This document shows positions 41,006 through 50,264 of a stretch of 64,000 nucleotides of DNA, one piece after another. The number at the start of each line of letters is the position of its first letter. The first letter of the stretch is position 1. A program made the translations under genes and the position numbers. Source of the DNA: a virus (taxonomy: Duplodnaviria > Caudoviricetes); IMG/VR virus record IMGVR_UViG_3300042090_001530, positions 138,491 to 202,490 of that record. One strand, 5' to 3'. A model generated the notes under the pieces. That model was not told the DNA's origin. It saw only the letters and a list, made by a program, of their open reading frames with translations, and made no database searches.

Positions 41006-42793
41006 TCACGAGTCAAGGGAAGCCGGGGGATCACTCCCCCGAGATGACCCGCCCCGTCGCCGAGACTGGCCTTCCTGCTTCGACAGCGGGGTCGAGAGCC
41101 GCCGGTCACCCGACGGACTTTGCCCACCTCCACAGGCGTTTAGACTCTCCCCGATATCCGAGGCGAGCGGTACCGCATGGTGCAGGATATTGCGCGCAGC
41201 ATTGACCTCGCGGTCAAGCTTCATACCGCACTTGATGTTCCCGCACCGGAAAACCACCTGCGTAAGCGGGATGCTTGGGTCTCGCCATCCACACTTGCAA
41301 CAGGTCTGACTCGACGGCAGGTCCCCGGCCGCAGCCCGGAACCGCGTACCCCACTGCGCCGCCTTGTACTCCAACTGGCGCCGCAACTCGGCAGGCGCCG
41401 TGTCCAGGATCGCCCGGTTGAAGCCGGCCTTCACCTTCACGTCGCTGCCGGGCGCCTCGACGGTGCCCTTCGCGGACCCGGTCATCTGCCGGACATTCAG
41501 GTCGCGGACAGCGATCTCCGGATAGTTGATCGCTATGCTCGCGGAGATCTGGTTCAGGGTGCCGCGCCGCGCCTCCGCAGTCCGATGATGCACGCGGCCG
41601 AGCCGCCTGACCGCCTTGGCACGGTTCGCCGACTGCGCCTGACCGCGCACGAACGGCTTACGCGCCACAGCCTGCGACGCCTTCACCAAAGCCCGCTTGT
41701 GCCTCTTGCCGTACCGAGGATTCTCATACGCAGTCTCGTCCGACAGGGCGACCAGGGTACGAACACCCCACTCGACGCCGACGGCCGGGCGCATCCGCTG
41801 CCGTTCCTTGGAGACCTTCTGCCGGGCCCGGGAGACCTCCTCGCGGTGCCGCATCGCCTCCGGGGACAGTTCGCACAGCACCGACGCGTACCAGCGGGAG
41901 CCGCCCCGGGAGATCGTCACCGACTTGACCACCGCGTGGCCCCGGTCGATCAGCCGCGCGAGGGGCTTGCAGGACTCGAACAGCCGGACCGAACCGATCC
42001 GCGGCACGTTCAGCCGGCGGTGTCCGTCGGGCCGGATCGACGGGTTGTGCACATCGTGGAACAGGGTGAACGAGTCGGTCGAGCGGCCCTTCTTCTTAAA
42101 CCGGGGCCTGCCCATCGCCCGGCCGACCCTGGCCCCGGTGCGCGACGCCATCCAGTTCTGCATCGCCGCCTGGGCGCGGTCGAAGCCGTTGGTGAAGCAG
42201 TACACGGAGACTTCGGGATGCCACGGGGAGCCGCCGTCTGCGGCGTCCTGGTCGCGGATTTCGCGCCACATGGTGGTGCAGTCCATCGCGGACGGGATCG
42301 CGTCGCCGCGCTCGAATCGGGCCTTCTTGAACTGCAGCACCTCGCGGCGCACGGCAGCGAGTCGCTCCTTGATCTCCAGCAGGTCGGGGCGCGTCTTGTC
42401 CTTGACTGCGGCCATCAGGGCTTTGCGCTCGTCGTCGAGCCGTTTGGTGTCGGCGGCCAACTCGGCGGCCTCGGCTTTGAGGATCGGCCGGGCCTGCTTG
42501 TCCCACTGCTTGATCCGCTCGCCGCGCACCTGGGCCGTCCACGCAGCGGTGGACTTCTCGTCCAGGCCGTCGGGCGGCTGCGGCATCGGCCCGGCGATCC
42601 GGGTGATGACCTCGTCGCGGCGCGCCTCCCAGGCGAGTTGGGCTTGGGACATCCATGCGATGCCGCGGTTGGTGGCCCACCGGGTGGCGCCAGCATGCCG
42701 GGCGAAGTCGGCGAGTTGGGCTTGGGTTGGGTCGAGGGCGAACCGATAGGCGCGCAGAACTGGCGCGGGCGCTTCGGTTTCAGCGGTGGCCAT
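41006..42793 (-). CDS. tnpB: RuvC-inactivated TnpB/Cas12-like RNA-guided protein, CRISPR-associated
   Basis: 595 aa; LRAYRFALDP N-terminus, PRFKKKG, Zn finger SQTCCKCG/CGNIKC. RuvC-I VGVEWG (D>E), RuvC-II IAVRDL (E>R), RuvC-III DREVNAARNI (D>E); ~110-aa helical insertion. Confidence 0.9.
   Translation of the reverse strand: MATAETEAPAPVLRAYRFALDPTQAQLADFARHAGATRWATNRGIAWMSQAQLAWEARRDEVITRIAGPMPQPPDGLDEKSTAAWTAQVRGERIKQWDKQARPILKAEAAELAADTKRLDDERKALMAAVKDKTRPDLLEIKERLAAVRREVLQFKKARFERGDAIPSAMDCTTMWREIRDQDAADGGSPWHPEVSVYCFTNGFDRAQAAMQNWMASRTGARVGRAMGRPRFKKKGRSTDSFTLFHDVHNPSIRPDGHRRLNVPRIGSVRLFESCKPLARLIDRGHAVVKSVTISRGGSRWYASVLCELSPEAMRHREEVSRARQKVSKERQRMRPAVGVEWGVRTLVALSDETAYENPRYGKRHKRALVKASQAVARKPFVRGQAQSANRAKAVRRLGRVHHRTAEARRGTLNQISASIAINYPEIAVRDLNVRQMTGSAKGTVEAPGSDVKVKAGFNRAILDTAPAELRRQLEYKAAQWGTRFRAAAGDLPSSQTCCKCGWRDPSIPLTQVVFRCGNIKCGMKLDREVNAARNILHHAVPLASDIGESLNACGGGQSPSGDRRLSTPLSKQEGQSRRRGGSSRGSDPPASLDS
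41012..41152 (-). ncRNA. TnpB omegaRNA-like scaffold overlapping the gene 3' end
   Basis: GGGGAGAGTCTAAACGCC...AAGCAGGAAG...GGGGGAGTGATCCCCCGGCTTCCC, the usual IS605-type 3' overlap encoding ESLNA...KQE; boundaries approximate. Confidence 0.55.
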
Positions 42794-42832
42794 GTTCTAC
42801 TCCTTCCCGGTTCGGCCCTGCAGGTGCGTCAG

Positions 42833-42854
42833 ATTTTAGCGGGTACGTCCGACA
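42833..42854 (-). promoter_or_regulatory. PafBC-type promoter of the TnpB-like/CRISPR unit
   Basis: Minus strand TGTCGG-ACGTACCCGC-TAAAAT = exact TGTCGG-N10-TANNNT; RBS GGAAGGAG downstream. Confidence 0.7.
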
Positions 42855-45062
42855 CTGGCGCGGCAGTCTCGCGAGCCCCTCGTGGCGGGTGGGCGCCGTC
42901 ACCACATCCGGCAAGCGCGCCAGAGCCCGACCGCCACAGCCTCCATGCGGTGCTCGATCAGCCATGCGGCGGTCGCGTCCACACCCCGCGTGGCGCGCAG
43001 CCGGACCCGGGTCCTCCACGGCAGTGGCGGGTGGCGTTTCCACTGGCCGTTCGGCTGCCGATAGAGGTAGGGCGCGGGCTGTCGGTCAGTCACCGTCGCG
43101 CACCCCATCCTTGCCGTTGAATCGCAGCGATTCGCGGATCTGGCGCTCGGGGAGCGGTTTGCCGCGTCCGTCCGTCCATGGCCGGCCCACGGGTCGATCG
43201 GCGTGCGTGTAGGCCCAGACTCTCGCATGGTCGCCCAGGTACCAGAGGGGTGTGCCGCGGCCGTCGGTGCGCACGGTGAAGCCTTCGCCGGCTTCGTAGG
43301 TGAACGATGCACCGGACGGTTCGGAAGCGTGGCTGGGGTCGATCAGGTCGGCGACAACTCTGAGGCATCTACCCGCGAACGCGAGGATCACGAGGCGCCC
43401 CACTCGGCCGCTGTCGCGACTTGGCCGGTCACCATCCTGGATGCCTTCCCATGTAGACGTCGTACCCCACGGCGCCCTCGACGGCCACGATCCCGGCCGC
43501 CGCTTCCTGTCCGGCCTGAACGTACCCGACGTAGTTCGGGTCGCTGATCGCGGCGGCCGTGGGCGGCACGCCGAACACGCTGCCGAAGCCGAGGTCGTCT
43601 TCGGGTTCCGTAGCGGCGGTCGCGTACTTGGACCGCGGCGAGCGGGGACGGTCCGGGTGTGGTGCCGCGCGGGTCACACGGTTCTCTCGGTCGCCCTTGT
43701 GCATCCGTTCCCGAAACTCGTGCAGGGCGATGCCGCCTTCGGGCCAGGTTGCGCCGGTCGCGAGCCAACCGTCGAGCTGCGCGAGCATGATGGACTGCGG
43801 GGTGGGTTCGCGGTCGAGCATTGGGGCTCCAGCGTTCCACCAGCGAACGCCCTCGTTGACCCGGTCGTGGGTCATCGGGAACTTGTCGGCGGTCAGGCCG
43901 AGTTCGGCGCGGTACGCCTCGAAAACGGCGAGCCGTTCCTTGCCGGGCCATTCGCCGGGGTAGGCGGGGAGCAGGCGGTCGGGGATGTCCATGTCACCCA
44001 TTCTCGCCGCCGCCTGCCGCGATCCGTTCGATCTCGAGCCGGTCACGCTCCAGCCGTTCCTCAAGTTGCTCCAGCGTGGACGGGGCGAACGTGTCGCAGC
44101 CGCACCGGCCGTAGCGCGTGCCGCCGGGCAACTCGCGGGCGACGCTGACCGCGCACGGACCGCGCTCATGGGAGGCGTAGTGGTGGCGGCAGTTCTCGCA
44201 CCCGACCGGCAGGAACATCGCGCAGTCGGCGCACACGAACCCGCCGACGGTGAACCGGACGTACGGGGCCTTCGGCTCGCCGCAGGTGCACTCGCAGCAT
44301 GAGCGACAGCGCTCGCAGAGTTCCGCTTCGCCGCCGGGATGCCACCAGTTGCTTCCGCCGTGGCAGTCGCGGCAATCCGGGTGCCCGGTCCTGTGGGCCG
44401 GCGGCCCGCAGGCAGCGCTGGCCGTGTCGAGTGGCGGCGGGGCGTTGCGCTGCGAGTACGGCACGATCGGCAGGTCGGGGCGCATCGCGGACAGTACCGC
44501 GTCGATCGGCCCGTTGGTGAACCCGAGTTGATCGGTGGTGATCGCGGTGAACGTGGCTCCGCAGCCGGGTTGCCCGTGGCTGTCGCCGTGCCCGGAGATC
44601 GTCTCATGTGCGGTTTGTCCGCGGACGAGGGTGCCGCGGCCGCAGTGCGAGCACTTCGATGTATAGCTACTGACGATTATGGTCGCGGTCGCGCCTGGCG
44701 TGGACGGCTCGTCGCGGTATGCGTTGTACGAAGTCTCGCTCACTGCTCGCCACCGCCCACGCCGGCCCGCCCGGCTAGGAACTGCTCGACCCACTGCGCG
44801 TTCGCCTCGCGCGAGTCGTCATACTCGATCCACCGGTCGCTGGCACTGATCTCGCTGGCCGTGATGACGCCTTCCCGGAAGCACTCGTCCCATTCGTCGC
44901 TCAGCCGGTCCCTCACGCGCGGGTCGGTCGCCCGGTCCCGCTCGGCCATGATCAGAGGGCAGTTGCGGAAGAACGTGCCGTCCGACTGCTTGCGATACCA
45001 GGTACGGGGCGCGGGTCCGCTTTCGGTCCGGCGGTGGCGGGTTCGACCCCAGCGGATGCCGG

Positions 45063-46004
45063 TCACGACTCGCCACCTTCCTCGCCGACCCCGAGTGCCT
45101 TGTCGAGCCGTTCCGCATAGTCGGGTGCGAGCAGGTCCGTGATCGCGAGCCCGTGGGCGAAGGAGTAGCCGCGGAAGTTCTCCGGGCTGATCTCCAGCAT
45201 CCCCGGGTTGCGACGGAGGCCTTCGAGCGCCCGGCGCCAACGCTCGTCCTCAGGCAGTTCATACCACAGGTCCGAGGAGCAGTCGGCGTACAAGGCCTCG
45301 CGGTCTGCGGCTTCGGGGTAGCCCTGTTCCCATTCGGCACGGCCGTCTTCGGTCTGCGCCCAGTAAGGTGCCCAGCCCTCGGGCATCGGCGGCGGGGACC
45401 AGTGCGCAACATCTGCGTTCGGGAACTGGTCGCACACCGAGTAGGACATGACTATGGGTTCGTCATCGCGGTCGAGCAGTAGTTTGATGACGTCCCGCCA
45501 GCCCTGATCCGACCACTTCCGCTCGTCGTTGCGGTCCGTGTACCACTGGCCCTCGCGGAAGATCCCCGCGTTGAGGCCCTCGGCGATGACGCTCGCGAGC
45601 CACGCCCGGTTGATGCCCTCGACGTAGCAGTGGATCTCGCACTGGCCGTGCAGCCGCGCCGCGAGCCTGACCGTGTCGTTGCCGTACTTCAGGGCCGTGT
45701 TCAGCCGGAGCGCGAACGACTCGATCTCCTTGTCCTTCCATGTGAACATCTCACCGTAGAAGCCGCTCCGGAACGCGGTGGCGAACGTGTCGCGCCACAT
45801 CGGAATCCAGCCGGGGGACTGCCGGTCCGTCTTGTGCAGGTAGTGGTCGGGGCGGATGAGGCCGAGGATCCGGTCCACGTCGTCGTGGTAGATGGATCCG
45901 AGGAATCCGTCCGTCAGGTGGTCGACGAGTAGCCCGCAGTGCGCGCGTTCGGAGCCGCGCAGTTCGGCGTCGCCGTGCCGGGAGTGAAAGTAGACGCGAC
46001 TCAT
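45063..46004 (-). CDS. Hypothetical protein
   Basis: 313 aa, ATG 46004 (MSRVYFHS...), strong GC3 bias. Confidence 0.7.
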   Translation of the reverse strand: MSRVYFHSRHGDAELRGSERAHCGLLVDHLTDGFLGSIYHDDVDRILGLIRPDHYLHKTDRQSPGWIPMWRDTFATAFRSGFYGEMFTWKDKEIESFALRLNTALKYGNDTVRLAARLHGQCEIHCYVEGINRAWLASVIAEGLNAGIFREGQWYTDRNDERKWSDQGWRDVIKLLLDRDDEPIVMSYSVCDQFPNADVAHWSPPPMPEGWAPYWAQTEDGRAEWEQGYPEAADREALYADCSSDLWYELPEDERWRRALEGLRRNPGMLEISPENFRGYSFAHGLAITDLLAPDYAERLDKALGVGEEGGES

Positions 46005-46190
46005 CGGCTCGTTCCGTTCTCGGCGTCGTGCTTCGGTGCGACGCCGTCGAGGATCTGCCGGATGTCGCGGGCGAGCTCGAGATAGTTCTGCTCGCCGCCG
46101 TAGGGATGCTGCGCGAGACGCTCCTCGACCCACTCGGGCGGCGGCAAGAGTTCGGCGAGACGCGTCTTGAGCCGGTCCAGTTGGCCGACG

Positions 46191-46469
46191 TCACCACTCG
46201 TCATCGTCGTCCACCTCCTCTTCCGGGTGCAGCGTCGCGTGCAGCGCCTTCGTGGCCATCTGCTCGAGCCGGTCGCATTGGGCCGGGGTGAACGTGCCGT
46301 CCGTGCGGGCGAGCGCGACACCGGCCTGCACACGCCGGATCTTGTCCGGGTAGGAGCCTTCCGCGGCGAGGATCGTGGTCCGGTAGTGCTCGTACAGCCA
46401 TGCCGGGCCGACTTGGACCTGCGTAGTGCGATCACCAGCCAGCAGGGTGACAGTGACAGTCTCGGGCAC
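46191..46469 (-). CDS. Hypothetical protein, paralog of 30625-30909
   Basis: Alignable over full length by eye. Confidence 0.65.
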   Translation of the reverse strand: MPETVTVTLLAGDRTTQVQVGPAWLYEHYRTTILAAEGSYPDKIRRVQAGVALARTDGTFTPAQCDRLEQMATKALHATLHPEEEVDDDDEW

Positions 46470-47519
46470 GTCAGCCTCCGAGTTCGGCGATGTACGTCGG
46501 GTAGACGGTCGGTCCCGCGTAGTGCAGGCATTCGCACTTTGGCTTGATCGTGCCGACGCCGGACTTGTGGAACGGCTCGCCCTTCCATACGCACGCACCC
46601 GAGCCGTCGGCATGGAAGCTGATGCCGTGCCGGCACACGCAGATCGGCTTCGGGTCGGGCTTCAGTTTGGGCGCGCGGCGCAGCCTGCCAACGCGCCCGG
46701 CACCGTAGCCGCCGGCAAGGATCCCGGCCCCGGCGAGCAGCGAGAACGGGTCAAGCATTAGAGCCCCTAGCGGCACCTGCGTGCGACGGCGTCGCATGCT
46801 CCTTGGTCTCGTGCTCGTCGGCGAGCGCCATCCAGTCGGCCAGCGTCGGCTCGCCCGTCTCCTCGTCCGGCTGGACCCAGATCAGTCGCACGTCCTCCTG
46901 GTAGTTGTCGTCCTCGGTGCAGTCGAGACACCACAGTGCCGGCTTCAGGCTCGCCTCGTCGTAGCCGGGCTGATAGCGGCGGTAGTCGGTCTGCATGGTC
47001 ATCGTCTCCTCGTTGCCGGTTTTGGTTTTCACGCCGTCTCACCTTCCGCCCGTTCGATCACTTCGACGAGCGCGCCTATGTCGGCGATCCCGAACGCGAT
47101 CCGCTGCCCGCTGGCCAGGTCGACCGCGAGCGTCAGGTTCCTGCCGAGGCCGTAGTACGCCTCGTGCACTGTCGCGTCGAACGTGACGCGGACGCGGCGA
47201 GTGCGCTTGATGCCCTCGACCAGTTCGTCCTCTGCGCCAGCCTCGTGCAGTGCTGGGCGCGGAGGGATGAGCGGTTCGGGCTTCGGCTCGCGCGGACGCT
47301 TCGGCTTCCCGGCGGGCGCTGGCTTGGCGGCGCTCGGGCGCTGAACCGGCCGCAGGGGCACCTCGAACAGTGCGCCCGGCTCATCCGTCGCCGAAGGGCT
47401 CGAGAGCGGCGACGCGGCTTGCCGCGGCTTCCCTTGGGCGCCCCTACGTCGGGCTGCGTCGAACGGGATGACGACTCCGCTGGCGGGATCGTCCATCGTC
47501 TTCTCCTTGCTGGTATTGG

Positions 47520-49889
47520 TCATGCGGCGGTTCGGGCCTTGAGCATCAGGCCCATCACTTCGGCTGCCGCGGCCTGCTCCGAGAACGCGTCGCCCGCGTT
47601 CCCGTCCAGCACTGCGGCTGTGATCGAACGCTTTCCGGAGACGACCTGCCACATGTACTCGTCCACCGTGCCCTCGGCGAGGAACACCGGGAAGTCGACG
47701 GGTCGGGTCTGGCCGATCCGGTGCATGCGCGCCGCCATCTGCTCGATCTCCGCCCACGTCCACGGCACCTCCGCCATCGCCCCGTGCGCCGCAGCGGTGA
47801 GCGTGTGGCCGACGCCGCCGGCCTGCGTGGAGACTGCGATCACCGGGGCCTTGCGGGCGGGCAGCGACTGGAACGCGGCCTTGTCCGCCTCGACGGACTC
47901 GGTGGACTGTCCGCCCTGGATCCGCAGGCCGGTGAACGTGGCCGCGTAGTGGTCGACGACCGGCCGGTGGTGCGCGGCCACCATGACCTTCTCGCCACGG
48001 GCCGTGAGCTTCTTCACGTGCCGCGTCACGGTGGCGGTCTTGACGTTCCCGACGAGTTGCCGCAGCAGGTTCAGGCGCACCAGCACTTCCGCGGACATGG
48101 CCTTGCGGCAGAACTGGTCGCGGGCGACCGCGTCGGACAGGTCGATGCCGCGCGACTCGGCGAGCTCGATCAGTGCGGCGAGGAAGTCATCCTCCGCACT
48201 CCGGTAGGCGGCCATCGCTTTCGCATTCACGGCGTCCGGGCCGAGCCACTCCGGGCGGATCGTGAGCTGCGGCAGGTTCAGTGCACTGTCGCCGCGGCGC
48301 AGGTAGATCCCGGCCGAGCGCAGCTTCAAGTGCAATTCCTCGAGGTTGGAGGCGCCGTCGAACGTGGTGCCCCACTCGCCCGCCTGCGGGCCGCAGTACC
48401 GGTATTTGAACGGCCACTCGCCGCCCATGTCCTCCAGGCGCCCGAGGATCCGCAGCTGCTGGAGTAGCTCCTTGGGTCGGTTGACGATCGCCGTGCCCGT
48501 CAGGCACAGCACGAGTCCGCCGCGGCCGGCGACGTGCGTGCCGAGCGTCTCCATGGCCTGAGAGCGGGCGGCGGCGGCCTCCTTGCCGAAGTGCGACTCG
48601 TCCACGATCAGCGCCTTCGGGTTCAGCTTCACCAGGGCCTTGGCCCATCCGGCGCGGTTGCGCTTCGCGCCGTCCACCGTGGCCTTGTACGTCTCCTTGA
48701 GCACATCGAACCCGATGACCACGACGTGCGTCCCGGGCGGGACCGGGGTCGGGGCGTTGCCGGAGGCGACGAACACGCGCCGGTCGGGGAAGAACTTCGC
48801 GACCTCGGCCAGCCAGTTCAGCCGCAGCGACGTCTTGCACACGATCACTGCGGGCCAGGCGTCGTCCACTGCGACGGCGGCAAGGGACAGCAGGGTCTTG
48901 CCGAGGCCCATCTTGTCGCCGATCAGTACCTGTCGGTTCGCGGCGATGAACTCGAGGCCCGCGTGCTGGTGCGGCTTCAACGTGCCCGCGAGGCCCGGAA
49001 CGGTGATCTCGCCGCGCCCTGGGGAGAGGGCGATCGATGCGCACAGGTTGTACGCCTCGCGCTCCACGGCCCCGCCGGCAGCCTCACGCACGTCCTGCGC
49101 CACGCGCAGCCCGCGGGCGTCCGCGAGTGCCAGGGCCTCCGGGATCGAGCCCTGGGGGACTGTCCAGGCCCCGGACGGCTTGTCCCAGCGGCGACCGGGG
49201 ATCGCACGGACCTCATCGAGGACGCCGCTACCGGGGTACGTGTCGAAGCGGATCGCGATCGACCCGTCGTCGGTGAACGCGACGTTCGGCTCGGTCGGGG
49301 TCTCGGGCACGACGGGCGCGGGCGGGTTGTCGGCCAGCTGCTCGACCTCCGGGTCCACGGGGATGCCGTGGGTGCGGGCGAACTCGCGCACCTGCGGCGC
49401 GGAGGACGGCGGGTACAGGTTCACCTTCGACCGGGCGCCGAACTCGGCGCGGTACGCGCGGCCGGGGATCTGCTTGGTGGCCTCGACCATGTCCGGGTCG
49501 TACGGGAAGCCGAGCACGATCACGGGCTGGCCGCCATTGGTCGCGGTCTCGCAGAACGAGAGGGCGGCGATGCGCTCCGCGTCGCGCTGTGCCTGGCGCC
49601 GCCCGGTCAGGGTGTCGCGCACCTGAGCTTCGGGATCCTCGGGCACCGGCAGGTCCTCGAACTCGATCCCGGCGGCGGCCAGCTGGCCGCGGTAGATGCG
49701 GGCGAGCTGGTAGGCGCCGACCGCTGCGTCCTCGTCCCACAGGGCGGCGGGGATCGAGGCGAGGTAGTGGCCGAGCGGGACGTCCCCGGCGTTGAAGCCG
49801 CGCCCGTCATCCTCGCGCGCTCCGTCGCACTGCCCGGCGATCACGCCGATGGCCTCGGCGAGAGGGCTCCAGTCCAGCTTCGTCATCAT
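47520..49889 (-). CDS. SNF2-family (HARP/SMARCAL1-like) helicase with N-terminal extension
   Basis: GDKMGLGKT, IVDESH, LTGTAIVNRP, STQAGGVGHTLT, QMAARMHRIGQ; RBS GAGGAG. Confidence 0.92.
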   Translation of the reverse strand: MMTKLDWSPLAEAIGVIAGQCDGAREDDGRGFNAGDVPLGHYLASIPAALWDEDAAVGAYQLARIYRGQLAAAGIEFEDLPVPEDPEAQVRDTLTGRRQAQRDAERIAALSFCETATNGGQPVIVLGFPYDPDMVEATKQIPGRAYRAEFGARSKVNLYPPSSAPQVREFARTHGIPVDPEVEQLADNPPAPVVPETPTEPNVAFTDDGSIAIRFDTYPGSGVLDEVRAIPGRRWDKPSGAWTVPQGSIPEALALADARGLRVAQDVREAAGGAVEREAYNLCASIALSPGRGEITVPGLAGTLKPHQHAGLEFIAANRQVLIGDKMGLGKTLLSLAAVAVDDAWPAVIVCKTSLRLNWLAEVAKFFPDRRVFVASGNAPTPVPPGTHVVVIGFDVLKETYKATVDGAKRNRAGWAKALVKLNPKALIVDESHFGKEAAAARSQAMETLGTHVAGRGGLVLCLTGTAIVNRPKELLQQLRILGRLEDMGGEWPFKYRYCGPQAGEWGTTFDGASNLEELHLKLRSAGIYLRRGDSALNLPQLTIRPEWLGPDAVNAKAMAAYRSAEDDFLAALIELAESRGIDLSDAVARDQFCRKAMSAEVLVRLNLLRQLVGNVKTATVTRHVKKLTARGEKVMVAAHHRPVVDHYAATFTGLRIQGGQSTESVEADKAAFQSLPARKAPVIAVSTQAGGVGHTLTAAAHGAMAEVPWTWAEIEQMAARMHRIGQTRPVDFPVFLAEGTVDEYMWQVVSGKRSITAAVLDGNAGDAFSEQAAAAEVMGLMLKARTAA

Positions 49890-49915
49890 GTCCACTCCTC
49901 AACCAGCCTTTCAGC

Positions 49916-50000
49916 GTCTACTCAGTTGACACTGACCACTATGCGCCGCACACTCGAGAGTGTCAACTGAGTTGACGGCCAAGGTGTCCACTGGATTGAC
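49916..50000. promoter_or_regulatory. Three palindromic operators GTCAAC-N3-GTTGAC
   Basis: 49916-30 GTCTACTCAGTTGAC, 49962-76 GTCAACTGAGTTGAC, 49986-50000 GTCCACTGGATTGAC; also a 13-bp inverted repeat 49921-33/49959-71. Confidence 0.7.
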
Positions 50001-50015
50001 GGGACACCACCTGCG

Positions 50016-50264
50016 ATGATCGGGGACGTGGAGGACGTGAGCAGCAGAATCAGACGCCAGGCGCGCAAGAATGCGGCCGGGCAGATCGCCATGGAGAAAC
50101 TCGTCCTCGAAGCCCACCGGGACGGGCAATCGCTGCGCCAGATCGCGAAAGACGCGGCGATGACCCCGGAGGGCGTCCGCAAGATGATCGCCCGGGTCGA
50201 GCACGCGACGGGCGTCGCCACGCAGCTCGACGGCGACTCAGGGCTCATCGGCGACGTCAACTGA
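50016..50264 (+). CDS. Small HTH regulator divergent from the SNF2 gene
   Basis: EAHRDGQSLRQIAKDAAMTPEGVRKMI; start may be slightly downstream. Confidence 0.7.
   Translation: MIGDVEDVSSRIRRQARKNAAGQIAMEKLVLEAHRDGQSLRQIAKDAAMTPEGVRKMIARVEHATGVATQLDGDSGLIGDVN

Larger units (their letters stand above)
42899..47523 (-). other. Run of hypothetical genes
   Basis: Coupled ORFs incl. 43994-44794 (Cys-rich), 45063-46004, 46191-46469, 46751-47032, 47029-47523. Confidence 0.6.

Noticed and set aside
40502-41047. ORFs crossing the CRISPR array
   Set aside because: Periodic translations of repeats (IFPCARGPD etc.), not genes.
41006-42793. Ordinary IS605 TnpB insertion next to an unrelated array
   Set aside because: Not fully excluded, but disfavoured: all three RuvC residues changed, large insertion, own promoter and RBS, no tnpA, array 35 nt from the stop with no room for a separate long leader.
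41177-43120. 647-aa plus-strand ORF and other long antisense ORFs (e.g. 239-1459 +, 15580-17061 +, 51542-53635 -, 57471-58598 -)
   Set aside because: Shadow frames of GC-rich genes on the opposite strand; Arg/Pro/Gly-rich, no motifs.
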